In this document: piece after piece, positions 29,314 through 37,774 of the stretch | Layout of the letters: the number at the start of each line of letters is the position of its first letter | Numbering within the stretch: the stretch's first letter is position 1 | Assembly: GCA_958296125.1 (NCBI GenBank) | Contig: OY282444.1 | Location: 1,289,176-1,353,175 of the forward strand | DNA: 64,000 bases | Reading direction: 5' to 3' | Source: an uncultured Poribacteria bacterium | Lineage (GTDB): Bacteria; Poribacteria; WGA-4E; PCPOR2b | The notes under the pieces: model-generated | Told to the model about the DNA's origin: nothing | The model's database searches: none | Seen by the model: the letters and a program-made list of their open reading frames with translations, nothing else | Position numbers and translations under genes: made by a program

Positions 29314-29891
29314 AAACGAAAAGACGCGCAATGCACCAAGAACTCACTTACAAGCTCGCCCAATGTTGTTCACCAGAGGCGGGGGAGGACATCATCGGGT
29401 ACTTTAAGGAAGATGGCACGGTTGCTGTCCACCGATCCGATTGCGCCTCCGTTCAGCGGCTGCGCCTTGAACGGCTCCTTGAGGTGACATGGGATGAAAT
29501 CCACGCAGCGGAAACACCTACCGATATCAAAACAGAAGATCCGACGTTTGATCAACTCCATTCCGAGAGGCTTCGACTGGATGAGGTGGATTACCTCATC
29601 CTGAAACACCATCAGGAATTTGGGTTGGACTATTCGATTGTTGTCTCGGAGATGCTCGGTCTACCCTTGGAGGAGACCCATAAACGCCATCGGAAGCTGC
29701 GGGAGTTGGGCGGCTTGAAGCGTGTGGAGAAGCGGATGATTCAGTACCGTAAGAACATTGTGAAGGGGAAGTGGATCAAACACCGCAACCACACCTACTA
29801 CGAATTGACACCCAAAGGGGATCGATGGATACGCTCGTTTGAGGAGAAGACAGAGGCAGTTACATCGCAAAATTTGTCAGACGCGAAATAA
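29310..29891 (+). CDS. Fusion of RelA/SpoT Zn-finger (CC/RIS)-like domain and DUF2250 winged-helix domain
   Basis: LAQCCSP..GEDIIGY....VAVHRSDC; C-terminal KHRNHTYYELTPKG. Confidence 0.7.
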   Translation: MKTKRRAMHQELTYKLAQCCSPEAGEDIIGYFKEDGTVAVHRSDCASVQRLRLERLLEVTWDEIHAAETPTDIKTEDPTFDQLHSERLRLDEVDYLILKHHQEFGLDYSIVVSEMLGLPLEETHKRHRKLRELGGLKRVEKRMIQYRKNIVKGKWIKHRNHTYYELTPKGDRWIRSFEEKTEAVTSQNLSDAK

Positions 29892-29915
29892 ACGGAATAG
29901 TTTTAGGAGAGTGGA

Positions 29916-31286
29916 TTGCAGCAGAACGTAGAAATTCGGGATGTAAAAGGAGGGGTAACGGGACCCGGTGGTTACCGAGAGGTCTGGCTGTTAGCCTATC
30001 CGATTGTTATCACGATGTTATCGCGGACAGCGATGATGTTCGTAGATGCGGCAATGGTCGGACGTTTGGGCGCGACAGAATTGGCAGCTGTCGGATTGGC
30101 AGGGATATTGACATGGGCGTTATTCTCCTTTTTTCAGGGATTTTTGGGTAGTGTCAACACCTTCGTCGCACAACGTTATGGGGCGGGGAATCGGCAGGGT
30201 GCCACTGTTGCAGCATGGCAAGGGATTTATCTCGCACTTGGTTCGTATCTTGTCATACTGCTAATTAATCAATTCACGGGCCCTGCGTTCGCCCTGATGA
30301 AACCGTCTCCGGAGGTTCAACGTCTAGGGGGCATCTACGCGCGAATTCGGTTATATGGTGGAATGACTGTCTTTATCTCTTTTGCGCTAGGCAGTTTTTT
30401 ACGGGGCATCGGTGATACGAAGACACCGATGCGAATTGAGATTGTCGCAAATCTGGTTAACCTGCTCCTCGACTATCTACTGATCTTTGGAAAATTTGGT
30501 TGTCCCCGGCTTGAGGTTGTTGGGGCTGCGGTCGCTACGTTGGTTGCAGGTGCGGTCGCTGCAGTTTGCTATCTCGCCGTTTTCCTCTCGCGGAAGTCGA
30601 ATCGGGCGTTCCAAACCCGATCCCATTCACAGATCGATTTCCGTGACCTCCGCCGTATTCTGCGAATCGGTCTGCCGATGGGCGTTCACAATTTGATGGA
30701 TATGGGGAGTTTTACGGTGTTTGTCGCCTTAGTTGGGCGAATGGGCGATGTCGCGCTTGCGGCGAATAATGCTGGAGTAACTTTAATCTCTACATCGTTT
30801 ATGCCTTTGTATGGATTTTCAATGGCAGCAACGACGCTGGTTGGGCATTACATCGGATCCGGTCAAGTCCATCATGCGCGCAGGAGCGGCTACACGGCGA
30901 TAAAGTTGGGGGTTGTGTATACCTTTTTCGTTGCCATTGCGTTTTTTTTGGTACCGGAATTTCTTATCTCGCTGGTTACGCCGGATGCGGAGGTTATTCG
31001 TATCGGGACGCAGCTCCTGTTTTTCGCAGCACTTTTTCAACTTTCCGATGGATTCGGCATCTGTGCATCAGGCGCGCTCAAGGGGGCTGGCGATACCTTT
31101 TTCACAATGTGTGTTAGCATTGGCTATGCGTGGCTGCTCTTTCTTCCACTTGCATACATTTTGGGATTTTGGTTGGGGTATGGGGTGCCTGGCGCGTGGT
31201 GCGGCGCAACAATCTATATCATTTTGGCAGGTGTGACCTATTTTCTCCGTTTTCGGAGTGACCGGTGGGAGCGGATTCGGATCTAA
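29916..31286 (+). CDS. MATE family efflux transporter
   Basis: About 12 TM segments; VDAAMVGRLG, RGIGDTKTPM, LKGAGDT motifs. Confidence 0.93.
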   Translation: MQQNVEIRDVKGGVTGPGGYREVWLLAYPIVITMLSRTAMMFVDAAMVGRLGATELAAVGLAGILTWALFSFFQGFLGSVNTFVAQRYGAGNRQGATVAAWQGIYLALGSYLVILLINQFTGPAFALMKPSPEVQRLGGIYARIRLYGGMTVFISFALGSFLRGIGDTKTPMRIEIVANLVNLLLDYLLIFGKFGCPRLEVVGAAVATLVAGAVAAVCYLAVFLSRKSNRAFQTRSHSQIDFRDLRRILRIGLPMGVHNLMDMGSFTVFVALVGRMGDVALAANNAGVTLISTSFMPLYGFSMAATTLVGHYIGSGQVHHARRSGYTAIKLGVVYTFFVAIAFFLVPEFLISLVTPDAEVIRIGTQLLFFAALFQLSDGFGICASGALKGAGDTFFTMCVSIGYAWLLFLPLAYILGFWLGYGVPGAWCGATIYIILAGVTYFLRFRSDRWERIRI

Positions 31287-31369
31287 TAATTGATTCTAAT
31301 GCCGTGTCGGGGCGGCTGTGGTCTGGAACGTCCATAGCCTTCATACATATCAGCGGAAAGGAGGCACAA

Positions 31370-32584
31370 ATGCTGCAACAATATACGGATTTTAACAAAA
31401 CTCGGCGGCGGTCGGCGATATTGGTCGCGTTAATTTTACACATGATTATCGGAATTGTTTACGTCTTGAGACCTGACCGAGAGATTTCCGAAGATAAGGA
31501 TCATATCATGGTGGAGTGGGTGAAAGAACCACCGAGACCTGAGATCAAAGCAATCAAGACTAAGCCCCCACTGAAGATGCAGGTTCGTAAGCCTGACGAG
31601 AATCTGGCTCGCAGATCGAAGGAAAAACTCCTCGAATCCTCACGCCACAAACTGACAGAAGTTGCCCGCCTCAGCCAACGGATTGTACGCGAGAATCTTG
31701 ACGTGACCACAGCACCACTCACTGAGAAGCTGCCGAAGGTAATGACAGATGTGGACCTGCGTGAATCTGAAAGGTCGGATATTGGACGACCGGTTTCGCT
31801 TCGAGCGGACGGTCAAGGCAAAGTGACGGGACGAATGCGGGTGCGTGGACAACGCAGCGGCCTTGATATGGTTGACTCGTTGGGGGACTCAAAAGATGGG
31901 TTGATTGGTGGAGGCGGGGCTCCAGGCATTTTGAAAAAGTTGGGGAAAGTACCGAAGGATAAATTGGGTATTATCAAATTCATTGAGGAATCGGAAGGCC
32001 CCCAACAGGTTGTCTTCTGCCTTGATGTCTCCGCAAGTATGCAGGCCGCTGGGTTAAGAAAACTGGAATTGGCAATTGAGGCAATCAAGGAAGCACTGTC
32101 TTCACTTGACGATGATGACTCTTTCAATATTATCACCTTCGCGGCGAATGCCAAGCTGAGGAAGCGTAAACTGGCACCGGCAACAGAAAAGAATATCGAA
32201 ACGGTGTCGAAGTACCTAGACCGCTTCACGCCTGAAGGGATTGCAAATAATCAAGGAACGAATCTCCTCGAAACTATTGAAACGGCACTTGAGGTCAATC
32301 CATCAATGATTGTGTTGGTCACCGATGGTTTACCCACAACGGGTCCCAATGAAGCGATTGAAATAGATTCAACAAAAATTCTGGAAACCGTTAAGGCGAA
32401 AAATGTGAATGGTGCCAGCATCTATCTCGTGGCGTTTGAGATAGATTTAAAGTATTCACCCGGTGCCGCCCTCCTTGTCGATCTGGTGGAGCAAAACAAC
32501 GGAGAGATAACGGTCGTTGATTACAAGCAGCTCGTGAAATATGCAGAAGAGGACTTGAATACACAAAATTCACGAATACAGTGA
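31370..32584 (+). CDS. Membrane-anchored vWA-domain protein, paralog of 3825-4793
   Basis: TM helix LILH; EGPQQVVFCLDVSASM MIDAS; LVTDG; RBS aaggagg. Confidence 0.82.
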   Translation: MLQQYTDFNKTRRRSAILVALILHMIIGIVYVLRPDREISEDKDHIMVEWVKEPPRPEIKAIKTKPPLKMQVRKPDENLARRSKEKLLESSRHKLTEVARLSQRIVRENLDVTTAPLTEKLPKVMTDVDLRESERSDIGRPVSLRADGQGKVTGRMRVRGQRSGLDMVDSLGDSKDGLIGGGGAPGILKKLGKVPKDKLGIIKFIEESEGPQQVVFCLDVSASMQAAGLRKLELAIEAIKEALSSLDDDDSFNIITFAANAKLRKRKLAPATEKNIETVSKYLDRFTPEGIANNQGTNLLETIETALEVNPSMIVLVTDGLPTTGPNEAIEIDSTKILETVKAKNVNGASIYLVAFEIDLKYSPGAALLVDLVEQNNGEITVVDYKQLVKYAEEDLNTQNSRIQ

Positions 32585-32681
32585 TTGTAAAATTGAACCG
32601 TTCCCCCATCTTGTTATGTATCATAGCAGCAAACATGACATCATCATGTCAAACTAAACTCTCTGGAAAATTAGAATAGGC

Positions 32682-32710
32682 TTGACAGCCCATTTGGACT
32701 TGCATATAAT
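32682..32710 (+). promoter_or_regulatory. Consensus sigma70 promoter upstream of the BMP gene
   Basis: TTGACA-17 nt-TATAAT, exact consensus. Confidence 0.85.
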
Positions 32711-32810
32711 TTGAACCGATATTTGATTGAATGGCGGACAACGAGCGTTGTCCTGTACTCAGGAGATGTTGTAAATGCTAACTGATTAAATTGATTGTTG
32801 AGGTGTTTTT

Positions 32811-33800
32811 ATGGATAAAAAAAATTGGATTGTTTGTAGCTTACTCATTCTACTGTTTGGATTCACTAGCGGCACAGCCAATGCGGCGAAATTCAAGGTC
32901 GCCTTGCTGACCCCCGGCTCGATCAGCGATGCCGGGTGGAACGCGCTGGCTTATGAAGGGTTGAAGCGGATTGAAAAGGAACTGGGGGCAGAGATTAGCC
33001 ATGTCGAAAGCAAAACCCCATCGCAATGGGAGGAACATTTTCGATTCTATGCGAGTAAGGGGTACGGTCTGGTCTTCGGACACGGATTTGAGTATCAGGA
33101 GGCTGCAAAAGCTGTTGCGCCCGATTTTCCGGATACGGTGTTTATCACAACCTCCGGGAATACAGTTTTAGATAATGTGGCATCAATTGTTTTTGAGCTT
33201 GAGGAGGTAACATATCTGCTAGGAGTCATTTCCGGCGCGATGACCCAGACAGGAAAGATTGGGCTTGTCGGCGGCATGAACATCCCGCCGATTAACAGCA
33301 CTTTTCACGCCTTTGAAGAAGGGGCGAAATCTGTCAATCCAAATATCAAAGTTTCCCGATCCTACGTCGGAGATTGGGAGAACATCGGAAAAGCGAAGGA
33401 GTTGACATTGTCCCAAATCACAGAAGGAGCGGATTTCATCTTCCACAATGCGGATGCCGCCGGGCGTGGTGTTTTTCACGCTGTCGAAGAGAGCCGTAAA
33501 GCGGGTAAGGACGTTTACGCTTTCGGATCAAATCGGAATCAGAACGACATTGCCCCCGATGCAATACTTGCAAGTGCCGTAATCGATACCCAAGCCTTTG
33601 TATACGCCGCCGATTTGGTTCAGACGGGCAAATTTGAACCCCAAGTGATCTGGATGGGGATGTCGCTTAATGAGACTGTGAAGTTGGTTTACAACCCGAA
33701 ACTGAAGGGTCGCATCCCTGAGGATCTCCTCGCCAAAGTTGAGAAAATTCGTCAGGATATTCTCGTTGGTAATTTTAAGGCACCTCGCGTGAAATTTTAG
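32811..33800 (+). CDS. BMP family (nucleoside) ABC transporter substrate-binding protein
   Basis: Signal peptide; GSISDAGWNALAYEG, VFGHGFEY, IGLVGG, GADFIFH. Confidence 0.92.
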   Translation: MDKKNWIVCSLLILLFGFTSGTANAAKFKVALLTPGSISDAGWNALAYEGLKRIEKELGAEISHVESKTPSQWEEHFRFYASKGYGLVFGHGFEYQEAAKAVAPDFPDTVFITTSGNTVLDNVASIVFELEEVTYLLGVISGAMTQTGKIGLVGGMNIPPINSTFHAFEEGAKSVNPNIKVSRSYVGDWENIGKAKELTLSQITEGADFIFHNADAAGRGVFHAVEESRKAGKDVYAFGSNRNQNDIAPDAILASAVIDTQAFVYAADLVQTGKFEPQVIWMGMSLNETVKLVYNPKLKGRIPEDLLAKVEKIRQDILVGNFKAPRVKF

Positions 33801-33826
33801 AAACAGGGGGCATTTAGAGGTAAAGG

Positions 33827-36610
33827 ATGATTATATTACATGACAATTCAAATAGTGACTTATCGCATATTCAGGCAATGGGACGGATGGAGGAGAAGTT
33901 TGCTCTGTTTGATTATGTTCGTATAGAACAACAGGACGGTAAAGCGTGGATTGGACAGATTGTCCACCCTAACCGAAATATCTCGACCGTGGGTAATCCC
34001 CTTGATCCAACGATTCTTCATGGCCTCGAACTGATGGAATCCCACGCTGATGTGCACTCCGTAAAATCGGTACAGGTGTTTGATATATTGATATTAGGAG
34101 AAGACGACGGGAATCAGATGCTCACGCCGCGGATACGCCCCTTGCCGGGTGCTTCCGTGACTCCACTGGATAGAAAAACGATAAGCCTGGTTATTAGGAT
34201 CCCTGAACAAGCAGAGCATAGAGATGGAAGTTCTAACGTCATCGGTGAGCTTCTCAATGCAGGCGGTGTGCCGCTCTGCATTGATGAGCGAACGTTTAAC
34301 CACCACATCATGATTGCAGGTGGGACCGGTTCGGGAAAATCAAACATTGCCGCGAATTTAAGCGATCAGGCAATGAAATTTAACAAATGCGTTTTGGTTC
34401 ATGACGCAAAACCTGACTATGCGTTTATTGAGAATCAAAATAGCGACCCAAACGTAGAGACAGTCTGGAAACGCTTTGAAAAATATGGATTAAAACCTCG
34501 TTCAGCTAATGACATAATTCGTCGTGTCGGATTCTACGGCAAGTGCGATCCAAACCGTGTAGATATTGTCGCTGGGTGTAGGGCATCAGATTTATCACCG
34601 CCTATGCTAGCAGGTTTCTTCTTTCCTAGAAAAGAGGAAGAATTACAATTTGAAGGATTTGTAAGTGCCGCTGATTCCATCGCTGATTCCATCGCTGATT
34701 CCATTGAGGAGAAGCACTATTCACTTGATGACATCGTGAAAGTTGTTCGAGATCGCATGGGGTCCGTGGATCCGGGAGAAGGGATTCATCCTGCAACAGG
34801 AAAAACCATATTGGGAAAAGTCCAAACCCGCAGGAAAGAAATGCCGTGGCTTGATGCTGTTGGTGTCAAGACAGTTGACGGCAAGACAGTAAAAAAATTT
34901 GATATTAATGTAAGGGAAGGGCGGATTTTGGTCATTGATTATTCACAGATGGACGATTCGTCCTATGCCTTACTCTTGTCCTACGTCCTTGAGTATTGTC
35001 AATCGCTTCGCAGTAATGGAGAAGGAGTGGGCATTGTTCACATGGTAGATGAAGCACACCGCATTTTTGATAATGAGTCACGTTACAGCGATACACTCGC
35101 CGGTTCATTCAACGACATTATGCGTGAAGGGCGAACGCTTGATCACTCAATTATTCTTAGCCTTCAAAATGCTTCGCAAATCCCCCGGCTTGTGATGAAT
35201 AATCTCAACACGCATCTGGTGATGCATCAGAACAGCAAGGCTGAAGCGGACTTCGCAACGCAGGCAATGGGAAGAGAGTTTTCTGTAGAGGCGTTAGCAC
35301 TTGGCACAGGCCATGCCCTTGTTAAGATGTTTGAATCGTCCGCTGTTATTCTAGTGCAGATGGCACCCTCTCCATTTGAACTCATGCGTAGCGATAACAC
35401 GCTAAGCCGGGTTATTAGAATCCCTCAAAAAGTAGAGCATACAGATGGAAGTTCTAACGTCATCGGTGAGCTTCTCAAGGCAGACGGTGTGCCGCTCCGC
35501 ATTGATGAGCGAACGTTTAACCACCACATCATGATTGCAGGTGGGACCGGTTCGGGAAAATCAAACATTGCCGCGAATTTAAGCGATCAGGCAACGAAAT
35601 TTAACAAATGCGTTTTGGTTCATGACGCAAAATCTGACTATGCGTTCATTAAGTCTCAAAATAGCGACCCAAACGTAAAAACAGTCTGGAAACGCTTTGA
35701 AAAATATGAATTAAAACCTCGTTCAGCTAGTAACGTCACTCGTGTCGGATTCTACGGCAAGTGCGATCCAAACCGTGTAGATATTGTCGCTGGGTGCATG
35801 ACATCAGATTTATCACCGCGTATGCTAGCAGGTTTCTTCTTTCCTAGAGAAGAGGAAGCATTAAAATTTGAAATATTTGTAAGTGCCGCTGATTCTATTG
35901 AGGAGAAGCCATATTCACTTAATGACATCTTGGAAGTTGTTCGAGATCGCATGAAGTCCGTAGATCCGGGAGAAAAGATTTATGCTGGAACAGGAAACAC
36001 CATATTAAAAAAAGCCCAAACTCGCAAGGAAGAAATGCCGTGGCTGGATGCTGTTGGCATCAAGACAGTTGACGGCAAGACAGTACACGAATTTGATTTT
36101 AATGTAAATGAAGGGCGGATTTTGGTCATTGATTATTCACAGATGGACGATTCGTCCTATGCCTTACTCTTGTCCTACGTCCTTGAGTATTGTCAATCGC
36201 AGCGCAGTGAGAGAGAAGGAGCGGGCATTGTTCACATGGTAGATGAAGCACACCGCATTTTTGATAATGAGTCACTTTACAGCAATACACTCACCGATTC
36301 ATTCAACCGTATTATGCGGGAAGGACCAACTCTTGATCACTCAGTTATTCTTAGCCTTCAAAATGCTTCGCAAATCCCCCGGCTTGTGATGAATAATCTC
36401 AACACGCATCTGGTGATGCATCAGAACAGCGAGGCTGAAGCGGACTCCGCAACGCAGGCAATGGGAAAAGAGTCTTCTGCAGAGGCGTTAGCACTTGGTA
36501 CAGGCCATGCCCTTGTTAAGATGTTTGAATCGTCCGCTGTTATTCTAGTGCAGATGGCACCCTCTCCATTTGAACTCATTCGTAGCGATAACATAGATAA
36601 CAAAAAGTGA
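33827..36610 (+). CDS. HerA/FtsK-superfamily ATPase with HAS-barrel and two tandem ATPase domains
   Basis: N-terminal FDYVRIE...WIGQI; two GGTGSGKS Walker A and two HMVDEAHR Walker B motifs. Confidence 0.85.
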   Translation: MIILHDNSNSDLSHIQAMGRMEEKFALFDYVRIEQQDGKAWIGQIVHPNRNISTVGNPLDPTILHGLELMESHADVHSVKSVQVFDILILGEDDGNQMLTPRIRPLPGASVTPLDRKTISLVIRIPEQAEHRDGSSNVIGELLNAGGVPLCIDERTFNHHIMIAGGTGSGKSNIAANLSDQAMKFNKCVLVHDAKPDYAFIENQNSDPNVETVWKRFEKYGLKPRSANDIIRRVGFYGKCDPNRVDIVAGCRASDLSPPMLAGFFFPRKEEELQFEGFVSAADSIADSIADSIEEKHYSLDDIVKVVRDRMGSVDPGEGIHPATGKTILGKVQTRRKEMPWLDAVGVKTVDGKTVKKFDINVREGRILVIDYSQMDDSSYALLLSYVLEYCQSLRSNGEGVGIVHMVDEAHRIFDNESRYSDTLAGSFNDIMREGRTLDHSIILSLQNASQIPRLVMNNLNTHLVMHQNSKAEADFATQAMGREFSVEALALGTGHALVKMFESSAVILVQMAPSPFELMRSDNTLSRVIRIPQKVEHTDGSSNVIGELLKADGVPLRIDERTFNHHIMIAGGTGSGKSNIAANLSDQATKFNKCVLVHDAKSDYAFIKSQNSDPNVKTVWKRFEKYELKPRSASNVTRVGFYGKCDPNRVDIVAGCMTSDLSPRMLAGFFFPREEEALKFEIFVSAADSIEEKPYSLNDILEVVRDRMKSVDPGEKIYAGTGNTILKKAQTRKEEMPWLDAVGIKTVDGKTVHEFDFNVNEGRILVIDYSQMDDSSYALLLSYVLEYCQSQRSEREGAGIVHMVDEAHRIFDNESLYSNTLTDSFNRIMREGPTLDHSVILSLQNASQIPRLVMNNLNTHLVMHQNSEAEADSATQAMGKESSAEALALGTGHALVKMFESSAVILVQMAPSPFELIRSDNIDNKK
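34182..36593 (+). repeat. Intragenic tandem duplication (34182-35399 and 35403-36593)
   Basis: Long runs of identical DNA at an offset of about 1221 nt, in frame. Confidence 0.95.
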
Positions 36611-36620
36611 GAAATTTCAA

Positions 36621-37754
36621 ATGCTCAGAAGGATTTTGGAGTTCTTCAATCCATCGGAACACAAGAATCCATCGGAACGCAAGAATCCACCGGAACACGA
36701 GAATCCACCGGAACGCAAGCAACCTGTTGAAATGTTTCACGAACTGCTCAATGGATCGAGATGTGTATCGAGAAATGATTTTGCCGCTAATTTCGGTGGA
36801 ATTGCCAACGATGTTGTGAAGATGCTCACCAGCGATCAAGCAAAGCAGGCAATACAGGAAGCGCGTAAAACTATGGACAATGATCCGGTCGATTCCCGGT
36901 TGCGTAAGGTGAAGTTTGGTTTATTCAGTGATGCGAAAGAATTAGAGAGGGGAGAAGTCGCCGCTATAGACGGAACCTTCGCCCTTCCAATGCAGAAGTA
37001 TTCAGCAGGGCAGGCGATCTGCATTGGCATTGGTAGTCTCTCACATTGTCGACTAATGCAAGATTCGTCACACTATTGGTCAAGCAAGGCTTTTCTTTCT
37101 GATGCAGCCGATACAGATGATTTCATTGCACGCGAAAAACGAGGGCTTTTCGGCATATATCCAACAGCGTATTTGCGATACTATGAGATTAAGCACTGTC
37201 TTAAAATTAAGGAGCCATACCTGTTCTTAGATGGTCCCTTGATCGATGAGTCCCTCATATCAACTCAAGAAGGGGTGCAACTGTATAACAAACTATTTGG
37301 AAAGAAAAACAAGCAAGTTCTGGGGATTATCAAAAATATAGCGAATCCTGCATTTACCAAATTTGCTCGCGCCCTTAAATCCGGTGAAATTTATGTGATT
37401 GAAACTTTAGCAGACCACTTAAATCAGAGCAACGTAGCCCGTAGCCGCCCTGTATCGGCTGAGTTTAAGAATGGCATCGCCTGCGATGTGTTCAGGGGTG
37501 TCTTTAAGCCCGGAAAAAAAACATTCGGTTTCGAGGTACACAGGGATCACCTAGAGGATATGCTACGCATCATGGCCGCTGATTGTCAAATGAACAAACC
37601 CGGACACGAAATCCCATTTTTACTCAATCGAATTGATGAAGAAGTTCGCAAAAATTTCAGTCAACACATCTTAAGAGATCGAATCGCTACTGAGATGGCG
37701 ATTCAGAGTGAGGAGTTGTTTTTTGAGGAGACGGATGAGCGTTTTTTCCGTTAG
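36621..37754 (+). CDS. NurA-like nuclease
   Basis: AAIDGT and LFLDGPL acidic motifs, C-terminal IPFLLNRIDEEV; starts 10 nt after the HerA stop. Confidence 0.7.
   Translation: MLRRILEFFNPSEHKNPSERKNPPEHENPPERKQPVEMFHELLNGSRCVSRNDFAANFGGIANDVVKMLTSDQAKQAIQEARKTMDNDPVDSRLRKVKFGLFSDAKELERGEVAAIDGTFALPMQKYSAGQAICIGIGSLSHCRLMQDSSHYWSSKAFLSDAADTDDFIAREKRGLFGIYPTAYLRYYEIKHCLKIKEPYLFLDGPLIDESLISTQEGVQLYNKLFGKKNKQVLGIIKNIANPAFTKFARALKSGEIYVIETLADHLNQSNVARSRPVSAEFKNGIACDVFRGVFKPGKKTFGFEVHRDHLEDMLRIMAADCQMNKPGHEIPFLLNRIDEEVRKNFSQHILRDRIATEMAIQSEELFFEETDERFFR
36648..36719 (+). repeat. 18-bp coding repeat x4
   Basis: aatcca(t/c)cggaac(a/g)c(a/g)ag encoding NPSEHK NPSERK NPPEHE NPPERK. Confidence 0.9.
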
Positions 37755-37774
37755 TGAGGGGTCTTAACCAGCTA

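Noticed and set aside
32705-32760. TATAAT...GATAT resembling a purine riboswitch before a nucleoside transporter
   Set aside because: It lacks the TTTCTAC junction and P3; the TATAAT is the -10 box.
36576-36839. Minus-strand ORF with FRWIL repeats
   Set aside because: Antisense shadow of the 18-bp repeat in the NurA-like gene.
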